A stretch of 64,000 bases of DNA from the NCBI GenBank assembly GCA_030145345.1, contig JAQYVT010000006.1, positions 107 to 64,106 on the forward strand, given 5' to 3'. This DNA is from Desulfobacterales bacterium (GTDB lineage Bacteria > Desulfobacterota > Desulfobacteria > Desulfobacterales > UBA11574). A program made the position numbers and the translations under genes. The notes below the pieces were generated by a model. The model was not told where the DNA came from, made no database searches, and saw only the letters and a program-made list of their open reading frames with translations. Below, one piece after another: positions 1-7,190 of the stretch (position 1 is the first letter of the stretch; every line of letters begins with the position of its first letter).

Positions 1-921
1 GGGTACGACGTGATGGTTTTGGATGATCTTTCCACCGGCCACCGCGAACTCCTGACAGGGGGAAATTTTGTGGAAGGCAGCCTCGGTGATTCGGATTTGC
101 TGGATCGATTATTTTCGACCCACCGGATTTCAACGGTCATGCATTTTGCTGCGTTTTCGCTGGTGGGCGAATCCATGGAAAATCCTTTGAAGTATTATCA
201 TAACAACATGGCTTCGACCACAACGCTTTTGAGTGCAATGATTCGACATGATATCAAACGGTTTATTTTCTCTTCGACGGCCGCGGTGTATGGAGAGCCG
301 CTTGAACTGCCCATTACGGAGACGCATCCATGCAACCCCACCAACCCGTATGGTGCCAGCAAACTTGCCGTGGAAAGGATGCTCCAAGACTGTGATTCCG
401 CCTATGCCTTGAAATACGTCAGTCTGAGATATTTTAATGCATCGGGCGCGGATGAATCCGGATCCATCGGCGAAATGCATACCCATGAAACCCACCTGAT
501 TCCTCTGATTCTGAAAGTTGCATCCGGGGAACGTGAGAATATCAGGGTTTATGGTACAGACTACCCCACATTTGACGGAACCTGTGTAAGGGATTATATC
601 CATGTCAGCGATTTGACCCAGGCGCATTTGCTGGCACTGGAAAATCTTTTGCAGGGTGGAGAGAGTGCTGTGTATAATCTTGGAAACAACCGGGGGTATT
701 CGGTCAGGGAAGTTATCGACCTGGCCAGAGACGTCACCGGCCGGCCGATTCCCGTAATGGAAGCCGACAGACGGCCGGGGGATCCCGCAACACTGATTGC
801 AGGTTCCGATAAAATAAAACAATCGCTGGGCTGGACGCCTCGCTATGAAGATCTGGGAACGATCATCGAAACCGCTTGGAGATGGCATCGGAAGGACGCA
901 ACAGTGAGATTTGCACCATGA
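1..921 (+). CDS. galE: UDP-glucose 4-epimerase (5' end cut by window edge)
   Basis: Frame is open from base 1. SDR epimerase motifs are present (FSSTAAVYG, catalytic YGASK). Stop TGA 919-921 overlaps the next ATG (ATGA). Confidence 0.9.
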   Translation, partial: GYDVMVLDDLSTGHRELLTGGNFVEGSLGDSDLLDRLFSTHRISTVMHFAAFSLVGESMENPLKYYHNNMASTTTLLSAMIRHDIKRFIFSSTAAVYGEPLELPITETHPCNPTNPYGASKLAVERMLQDCDSAYALKYVSLRYFNASGADESGSIGEMHTHETHLIPLILKVASGERENIRVYGTDYPTFDGTCVRDYIHVSDLTQAHLLALENLLQGGESAVYNLGNNRGYSVREVIDLARDVTGRPIPVMEADRRPGDPATLIAGSDKIKQSLGWTPRYEDLGTIIETAWRWHRKDATVRFAP

Positions 922-2288
922 AAAAACTATCGAATGTATATCCGGTTCTTTTGGCCGGCGGATCCGGCACACGGCTGTGGCCCGTATCGAGAGAACGCCA
1001 CCCCAAACAGCTTGTTAAATTCATCGGAAAAGACTCACTGGTCCAAAGCACCGTCAAACGGCTGACGTCCTTTCTGGACATGGAAAATATCCGAATTGTC
1101 TGCGGACAAGAACATGTCCACGAGATTGCAAGGCAAATGAAAGAAATCGACCTATCTGCCGATGGAAAAATCATTGCCGAACCCTGCGGCCGAAACACTG
1201 CACCGGCGATTCTATTGGCCATGTTTCATATTCTCAAAAAAGAAGCGGATGCCGTACTGTGCATTTTTCCTGCGGATCATGTCATCCGAGATCGAAACGA
1301 ATTTCAGGAAAAACTGCGGTCCGCTGTAAAGGTTGCAGAAATGGGGCATATTGTGACCTTCGGAATAAAACCCCATTATCCGGAAACAGGCTACGGATAC
1401 ATCGAAGGCGCCGGCGAAGTCGGGGATGGCGCACTTTCCGTAAAAAGATTTGTTGAAAAGCCTGATCTGGAAACCGCCAAGAAATATATAGACGCCGGGA
1501 ATTTCTTTTGGAATAGCGGTATGTTTACCTTTAAAGCATCTGTAATGGCTCAAGAGCTGCGTGTTCACCAGCCCGAGCTTCTAAAAAAAATGACCCAATT
1601 GCCTTTCCAAGGAACTTCACCGTCTCAAAAAGCGTATGCGCAGTTGCCGAATATCTCCATCGATTACGCAGTGATGGAAAAAACAGACAAGACCGCTGTT
1701 TTGCCTTCGGACTTTGGATGGAGCGATATTGGGTCATGGAAGTCTCTTTATGATTTTATTCCAAAAGATACCAGCGGGAATGTTATTGACGGAGACGTGA
1801 TTTCAAAAGAAACCAGAAATTGTTTGATCATGGGGCATGAACGGCTGATCGCCACCAGCGGAATAAAAGACATGGTTGTCGTGGACACGCCGGACGCTGT
1901 TTTTGTTTCTGATATGGAAAACAGCCGGGATGTAAAATTCATTGTAGAAAAGTTGAAGGAAAACCGTCGGACTGAATATCAAACGCATAAAACAGTACAC
2001 CATCCCTGGGGAATCTCGACGACCTTGGAAAAAAATGATGATTTCAGTGTCGTTCAAGTGGAACTGTATCCAGGTTCAAAGCTCGAGATTAAAACCGGTA
2101 CATCGACGGTTGAACATCTGGTGGTCGCCAAAGGCCTGGCTAAAACAACGACCGATCATCAGCGCAGGACCTTAAAAAAAGGTCAGTCTCTGATGCTTTC
2201 GGAAAATCAGAGTATTCTTGTGGAAAACCCGGGGAAGGATTTGCTGGTCATTGTCAAGGTAAAAAGTCATGGATCATCTTCCGATTAG
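918..2288 (+). CDS. manC: mannose-1-phosphate guanylyltransferase / mannose-6-phosphate isomerase
   Basis: Start chosen at ATG 918 (MKKLSNVYPVLLAGGSGTRLWP nucleotidyltransferase motif) rather than the track start at 876. C-terminal cupin domain (HHPWG). The last 6 codons and the stop lie inside repeat element A. Confidence 0.9.
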   Translation: MKKLSNVYPVLLAGGSGTRLWPVSRERHPKQLVKFIGKDSLVQSTVKRLTSFLDMENIRIVCGQEHVHEIARQMKEIDLSADGKIIAEPCGRNTAPAILLAMFHILKKEADAVLCIFPADHVIRDRNEFQEKLRSAVKVAEMGHIVTFGIKPHYPETGYGYIEGAGEVGDGALSVKRFVEKPDLETAKKYIDAGNFFWNSGMFTFKASVMAQELRVHQPELLKKMTQLPFQGTSPSQKAYAQLPNISIDYAVMEKTDKTAVLPSDFGWSDIGSWKSLYDFIPKDTSGNVIDGDVISKETRNCLIMGHERLIATSGIKDMVVVDTPDAVFVSDMENSRDVKFIVEKLKENRRTEYQTHKTVHHPWGISTTLEKNDDFSVVQVELYPGSKLEIKTGTSTVEHLVVAKGLAKTTTDHQRRTLKKGQSLMLSENQSILVENPGKDLLVIVKVKSHGSSSD

Positions 2289-2598
2289 TTGTAGTTAATT
2301 GGGGTAAAATTAGTGGGTCATCTCCAATTGAGCAGGTGTGTTCCCAAAGGGTTCAAGGGGTCAAGGGGTCGAGTGCAAATGCTAAAGAATTACAAAGAGT
2401 TGAAAAAAATGAATCGGGTACGCTAAAAAAAGACATCGCAGAAATAGAAAGAATGTTAAAAGCGCTGATAAAGCTTTTAGAAAAAAAACCCTTGCCACCT
2501 TGATTCATCAAATCCTTGCCCCCTGCCTCCGGCCCACAGGGCCTAAGGCCCGGAGGGAATCCTTGGACCCTTTTCTCCAACTAAATTGGAGAAGAATC
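2271..2598 (+). mobile_element. TIR element with four-helix-bundle gene relic, copy A
   Basis: Left end is GGATCATCTTCCGATTAGTTGTAG; the right end reverse-complemented is GATTCTTCTCCAATTTAGTTGGAG (imperfect ~24-bp TIR). Interior holds a GGGTTCA-type heptamer array (2348-2372), relic ATG-LKNYKELK and ...IAEIERMLKALIKLLEKK* (2379-2503), a GC hairpin (2526-2556) and a terminal hairpin TTCTCCAA-N5-TTGGAGAA (2573-2593). Flanks are AAAGTCAT / AAAATAAT (6/8). Confidence 0.75.
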
Positions 2599-2633
2599 AA
2601 AATAATTAATAGAAATGGGATTGGAATACGATT

Positions 2634-3965
2634 ATGAGCGATAAAGACAGCACACGGTTGAGACTACTGGAAATGATCGAACAAAAAACGGCTCGAATTG
2701 GCATCATCGGACTCGGCTACGTCGGGTTGCCACTGGCGCTTCACTTCGGGAACGAAGGTTTTCACGTGATCGGTTTTGATCTGGATTCAAGAAAGATCGA
2801 TAAAATTCTTCACGGAGAATCCTATATCAAGCACATTCCTGCCGATATGATCAGAGAAATGACCGATGGAAAGCGGTTTGATGTTACCCTCGATTTTAGC
2901 CGCTTAAAGGAGACCGACTGCATTCTGATCTGTGTGCCGACACCGCTTTCCGATAAAATGGAGCCGGATTTGAGCTATCTTCTGGAAACCACCGAAACCA
3001 TTGCCGACAACCTGCGAACCGGGCAACTTATTGTTCTCGAGAGTACCACGTATCCGGGAACGACGGAAGAAATGCTTCTGCCTCGCCTTGAATCCAAGGA
3101 TATGAAGGTGGGAGAAGATTTTTTTCTCGCTTTTTCTCCCGAGAGAGAAGACCCGGGGAACAAGGAATTCACGGCAACCAATATTCCCAAAGTGGTCGGC
3201 GGCGTCACCCCTTCCTGCCTTGAAGTTGCCACGGCCACATACAACGCCATTACACGGGCGGTGCCGGTGTCTACTACCCAGACAGCTGAACTGACCAAGC
3301 TGTTGGAAAATACCTTTCGTTCCGTGAATATTGCCCTGGTCAACGAACTGAAAATATTGGCTCACAAAATGGGAATCGATCTTTTTGAGGTGATTAATGC
3401 CGCCTCCACTAAGCCCTTTGGGTATACACCGTTTTATCCCGGCCCCGGTCTGGGAGGGCATTGTATCCCCATCGACCCATTTTACCTGGCCTGGAAAGCC
3501 AAGGAGTATGATTTTTCCACCCGTTTCATCCAACTTGCCGGTGAGATCAACGTCTCCATGCCGTATTACGTGATTGAAAAAACCGTGGAAGCCCTCAACA
3601 AAAACAGGAAAAGCATCAACGGAAGCAACATCCTGATTTTGGGAATTGCATACAAAAAAGACATCGATGATGATCGGGAGTCTCCGGGGTATGCCATCAT
3701 GAAAATACTTTTGGAAAAGGGCGCAATTTTAAATTACAATGATCCATGGATACCCAAACTTCATACGACGCGGAAATACAATTTCCAGATGGAATCGACG
3801 CCCCTGACTCCGGACCTGCTTGCAAAAATGGATGCGGTAATCATTGTGACCGACCATAGTGACTATGACTATGCCGAGATTGTCAAGCATTCCAACTTGG
3901 TGATCGACACCCGAAATGCCACCAAAGGAATAAAAGGGGCAACGGAAAAGATTGTCATGGCATAA
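2634..3965 (+). CDS. nucleotide-sugar dehydrogenase (UDP-GlcNAc/ManNAc 6-dehydrogenase family, WecC/WbpA/TviB-like)
   Basis: N-terminal Rossmann motif IGIIGLGYVGLP and catalytic-region motif GGHCIPIDPFYL. Length is 443 aa. Confidence 0.85.
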   Translation: MSDKDSTRLRLLEMIEQKTARIGIIGLGYVGLPLALHFGNEGFHVIGFDLDSRKIDKILHGESYIKHIPADMIREMTDGKRFDVTLDFSRLKETDCILICVPTPLSDKMEPDLSYLLETTETIADNLRTGQLIVLESTTYPGTTEEMLLPRLESKDMKVGEDFFLAFSPEREDPGNKEFTATNIPKVVGGVTPSCLEVATATYNAITRAVPVSTTQTAELTKLLENTFRSVNIALVNELKILAHKMGIDLFEVINAASTKPFGYTPFYPGPGLGGHCIPIDPFYLAWKAKEYDFSTRFIQLAGEINVSMPYYVIEKTVEALNKNRKSINGSNILILGIAYKKDIDDDRESPGYAIMKILLEKGAILNYNDPWIPKLHTTRKYNFQMESTPLTPDLLAKMDAVIIVTDHSDYDYAEIVKHSNLVIDTRNATKGIKGATEKIVMA

Positions 3966-3973
3966 GAAATGAA

Positions 3974-4078
3974 GATCATCCCCGATTAGTTGGTGTAATT
4001 AGGGTAAAATAAGTGTGTCATCTCCAATTGAGCAAGACCTATTATATAGGATTCAAGGGTTCAAGGGGTCAAGGGGTC
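3974..4078 (+). mobile_element. truncated copy B of the TIR element (left end plus heptamer array only)
   Basis: GATCATCCCCGATTAGTTGGTGTAATTAGGGTAAAATAAGTGTGTCATCTCCAATTGAGCA matches the left ~62 bp of copies A, C and E. It is followed by GGATTCAAGGGTTCAAGGGGTCAAGGGGTC. No right end is present. Confidence 0.6.
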
Positions 4079-4097
4079 TTCTATAGGATTCAACAAT

Positions 4098-4137
4098 TTT
4101 AGGCAATTTAGGCATTTTAGCTCAATTTAGGCATTTT
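4098..4137. repeat. TTTAGGCA octamer array, left arm of an inverted repeat bracketing rfbA
   Basis: Units read TTTAGGCA-a-TTTAGGCA-t-TTTAGCTCA-a-TTTAGGCA. The reverse complement of 5058-5098 has the same unit order. Confidence 0.7.
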
Positions 4138-4157
4138 ACACAAATGAAAGGGAGAAT

Positions 4158-5051
4158 ATGAAAGGCATAATTTTAGCCGGCGGTTCAGCCACCCGACTCT
4201 ATCCGATCACCCGTGTTGTGAGCAAGCAGCTTTTGCCGGTCTATGACAAACCGATGATCTATTACCCGCTGTCCGTATTGATGCTGGCGGGGATCAGGGA
4301 AATACTCCTTATTTCCACGCCGGAGGATTTACCGTTATTCAAGAAGCTCTTTGGAGACGCTTCTCAACTGGGACTCTCTTTTTCTTATGAAGAACAGCCC
4401 CGACCCGAAGGATTGGCCCAGGCCTTTATAATCGGAAAATCATTTATTGGAAAAGATTCGGTCTGCCTGATTTTAGGGGATAACATATTTTACGGACATA
4501 GCCTTACAAACATTTTAAAGCGGGCAGTTCAACATAGAAAGGGAGGTCTTATTTTCGGATACCTGGTAAAAGACCCCGAACGCTATGGAGTGGTGGAGTT
4601 TGATCAGAATAACAACGTCATTGGAATCGAAGAGAAGCCCAAAAAACCAAAATCGAACTATGCAGTTCCAGGTCTTTATATTTATGACAACAACGTGGTC
4701 GATATTGCCAGAAATTTAAAACCTTCCGCCAGAGGAGAACTTGAGATTACCGATGTTAATCTGGAATATTTGAGAAGGGGGATGCTCAAGGTTGAACTTC
4801 TGGGAAGAGGTTTTGCATGGCTGGACACCGGAACCCAGGAAGCCCTTCAGCAAGCCGCCAGTTACGTCCAGGCCATCCAGGAAAGACAGGGACTTAAAAT
4901 TTCATGTATTGAAGAAATTGCATTCAACCTCGGTTACATCGGCAAAGAAGAACTTGCGAATCTGGCAGCCGACACGATGCAAAACGAATACGGCCGTTAC
5001 CTCATGGAGTTAATCGCCGAGGAGGAAAACAATACACACATAAATACCTGA
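4158..5051 (+). CDS. rfbA: glucose-1-phosphate thymidylyltransferase
   Basis: [18 protein letters not shown] motif, length 297 aa, RBS AAGGGAG at 4148-4154. Confidence 0.92.
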   Translation: MKGIILAGGSATRLYPITRVVSKQLLPVYDKPMIYYPLSVLMLAGIREILLISTPEDLPLFKKLFGDASQLGLSFSYEEQPRPEGLAQAFIIGKSFIGKDSVCLILGDNIFYGHSLTNILKRAVQHRKGGLIFGYLVKDPERYGVVEFDQNNNVIGIEEKPKKPKSNYAVPGLYIYDNNVVDIARNLKPSARGELEITDVNLEYLRRGMLKVELLGRGFAWLDTGTQEALQQAASYVQAIQERQGLKISCIEEIAFNLGYIGKEELANLAADTMQNEYGRYLMELIAEEENNTHINT

Positions 5052-5057
5052 AAAGTA

Positions 5058-5098
5058 TAAAGTGCCTAAAGTGAACTAAAGTGCCTAAAATGCCTAAA
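5058..5098. repeat. TGCCTAAA octamer array, right arm of the inverted repeat bracketing rfbA
   Basis: Reverse complement reads TTTAGGCA-t-TTTAGGCA-c-TTTAGTTCA-c-TTTAGGCA. It is followed at 5103-5126 by a direct copy of 4101-4127. Confidence 0.7.
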
Positions 5099-5150
5099 GT
5101 TAAGGCAATTTAAGCTTTTTAGCTCACTTGATATCCGGAGGGATCCATGC

Positions 5151-5858
5151 CTATTTCAACTGGAAACGGATGGGCACCCGAACCCACATCTTTACTTTTT
5201 TTCCCCCCCGTGTTCCCGGATCAAACGTCCAATCTTTTATCGCAGCCATCGCCGTCCTGTCCAGAATAGGGTGTCCGCTGGAGGATAGAACCCGCAAATC
5301 AGCGGCCTTCCCGTTTTGGTCCACCAGTACCTCAAGCACCACCACACCCTGAAATCCTCTCTTTCGCGCGATTTGAGGATAGGGCGGGGGTGGGTTGATT
5401 CGATACAGGGGCCTGGCTTCACGGGTGATTTCATGGGCCGGAACCGGTGTGCCGTTTGCGACCGCCTTTTCAGGAACGGTCAATATTTCAGCTTGTACCG
5501 GCGTATCCGGAGCGTTTGAATCGTTGTCGATCGGTTCAGGGATTGCTTTGGGTAGATCCTTTTGCACGGGTTGAACAACCGGTTTAACGATTTTCTTGGG
5601 TTTGGGCTCAGGGTGACGTTTGTGCGCGGGTTTCTTTTTAACTATTTTAACCGGCACATGCTTTTGGATAGGGGGTTGCGGCGTTTTAACCGCAGGTTCG
5701 GATATGGGCATTTGAGGTTGCCGCTTGACCAATGTCATGGTCATGACCCGGGGTTTCTGACGATAAAACGGTGTTCTCTTGAGGGGGTTGTAGGTCCATC
5801 CCAGGAGAACCCCGTGTATCCCCATCGCCAATACCGTAGCTGTTAGTATTCGTTTCAC
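5151..5858 (-). CDS. tonB: energy transducer TonB
   Basis: N-terminal anchor, Pro/Lys-rich spacer and a TonB C-terminal domain (YPQIARKRGFQGVVVLEVLVDQNG). Overlaps exbD by 4 nt. Confidence 0.85.
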   Translation of the reverse strand: MKRILTATVLAMGIHGVLLGWTYNPLKRTPFYRQKPRVMTMTLVKRQPQMPISEPAVKTPQPPIQKHVPVKIVKKKPAHKRHPEPKPKKIVKPVVQPVQKDLPKAIPEPIDNDSNAPDTPVQAEILTVPEKAVANGTPVPAHEITREARPLYRINPPPPYPQIARKRGFQGVVVLEVLVDQNGKAADLRVLSSSGHPILDRTAMAAIKDWTFDPGTRGGKKVKMWVRVPIRFQLK

Positions 5859-6265
5859 TTTGCTTGTTCAGCTTCTGCCTGGAGAGAAATTCGATGGATG
5901 CCTGCCATCCGGATTTGATCCAGAACCTGGAAAAGTTTCTGGTATGGAAGACCGCGGTCCGCAAAAAGGAGTATTCCGGGTTCACTTGCAGATGCAGTTT
6001 TTGTTCTCAAAACCGATGCCAGATCGTCAAAGGGAACGCGTTTTTTGTCGACATATATTGTTCGGTCTGATTTTACGGTAACGGAAAGCACGAGTTCTTT
6101 GTCGATTTTAGCAGAAGAAGACGTGGGAAGCACAACCGGCAGACCCCGGTGCACCGCCATGGACAGCATTGCGTATATGAAAAAAACCAACAGGAGAAAC
6201 ACAATGTCGATCAAGGGTAGCATTTCGATACGGACTTTTTTGCCGGTTTTCACGTTGATTTTCAT
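5855..6265 (-). CDS. exbD: biopolymer transporter ExbD/TolR
   Basis: 136 aa with a single TM (MLPLIDIVFLLLVFF). Overlaps exbB by 4 nt. Confidence 0.88.
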   Translation of the reverse strand: MKINVKTGKKVRIEMLPLIDIVFLLLVFFIYAMLSMAVHRGLPVVLPTSSSAKIDKELVLSVTVKSDRTIYVDKKRVPFDDLASVLRTKTASASEPGILLFADRGLPYQKLFQVLDQIRMAGIHRISLQAEAEQAK

Positions 6266-6894
6266 TGGGTGCCTTCTTTAACCCGACCGTTGGGGTTGAC
6301 CAGTTTGTCAAAAACGATCTCAAGGCTGGTTGCATATTTTTCAATGGCCAGCGCGGCATTTTCAACCCGTGAATTAAAGTAGTTGTAAGGGAAGACCGAA
6401 AAAATGGCGATTCCGAGTCCGGATGCCGTTGTGATCAAAGCTTGGGCGATCCCGGCGGTTACGGCCTCCGGGTGTTCAATGCCTGTGGACCCCAGCACTT
6501 CAAAGGAAAGAATGATCCCGATGACGGTACCGAAAATACCCAGAAGCGGGGCCACGGTAATCATCGTGTCGATGATGCCCATATATTTTTGCATCCGCTT
6601 GATCTCTTCGGCGGCGGCAGCTTCCATGGCTTTGGCCATGGAAAACTCTCGATGAAGAATTCCGGTGATAAGAATTTTGAGGATATAGTCTTTTGAACCT
6701 TGGGTCTTTAATCTTATGGATTCCCAGTCACCAGAGCGGCACAGTTCAAGGACCTCATCGAGCAGGGCCTTGTCCCTGCTCATATCCATGCCGATCCAGA
6801 AGAGAATTCGTTCGATAATCACTGCCATCACAATAATGGAGCAGGCCAGCAACGGATACATGACCGGTCCGCCGCTGATAAATATGTCCAGCAT
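6262..6894 (-). CDS. exbB: MotA/TolQ/ExbB proton channel
   Basis: 210 aa with three TM segments and a conserved C-terminal channel region (TVAPLLGIFGTVIGII). Confidence 0.88.
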   Translation of the reverse strand: MLDIFISGGPVMYPLLACSIIVMAVIIERILFWIGMDMSRDKALLDEVLELCRSGDWESIRLKTQGSKDYILKILITGILHREFSMAKAMEAAAAEEIKRMQKYMGIIDTMITVAPLLGIFGTVIGIILSFEVLGSTGIEHPEAVTAGIAQALITTASGLGIAIFSVFPYNYFNSRVENAALAIEKYATSLEIVFDKLVNPNGRVKEGTQ

Positions 6895-6910
6895 AATTTC
6901 TCCTATTACA

Positions 6911-6945
6911 GGTTGAGCGGTTCAGGGTTCAACGTTCCGGGTTGG
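6911..6945. repeat. GGTTCA-type heptamer array
   Basis: GGTTGAGCGGTTCAGGGTTCAACGTTCCGGGTTGG. An array in the opposite orientation lies at 7071-7104. Confidence 0.5.
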
Positions 6946-7070
6946 AAAAATCTCCAACAGCTCGTATCAACGTGATACCGGCTACATCGTGGGTTCAAAA
7001 CCTTTCCACCCAATAGGTTATGGCAGGTATTCCGGGATTTGATCAATATTTTGTGCAATTCAATCGGTTG

Positions 7071-7104
7071 TAACCCTTGAACTTTGAACCCTGAACCTGG
7101 AACC
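7071..7104. repeat. TGAACC-type heptamer array (inverse orientation)
   Basis: TAACCCTTGAACTTTGAACCCTGAACCTGGAACC. Confidence 0.5.
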
Positions 7105-7190
7105 GATCAGTTTTGGTAACATTAACAGACGCCCACGGGCATAAACCCGTGGGAATCTGTTTTTGCGATGATAAACGAAACACTCGATGG

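Noticed and set aside
130-972. Long antisense ORFs opposite real genes, including 130-972, 2904-3533, 13353-14360, 19277-19672, 32231-32668 and 59088-59606.
   Set aside because: These are shadow ORFs on the strand opposite genes with clear homology-type motifs. They show no recognisable domains and have biased composition.
2353-2580. ORFs beginning MEKRVQG... (75 aa on the minus strand here, 78 aa on the plus strand at 21266-21502) that look like a conserved small protein pair.
   Set aside because: They are the antisense reading of the repeated element, opposite the four-helix-bundle relic. Their similarity reflects DNA repetition. They are low-complexity and lack a ribosome-binding site.
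2271-4137. Integron-like gene cassettes: sugar genes each followed by a ~60-bp repeat that might be an attC site.
   Set aside because: No RYYYAAC/GTTRRRY core pairs or attC-type imperfect palindrome are present, and there is no intI gene. The repeats are the left ends of the TIR elements.
4049-4137. The heptamer and octamer arrays considered as a possible CRISPR array.
   Set aside because: Units are 7-9 nt with no unique spacers, array lengths are 25-45 nt, and there are no cas genes.
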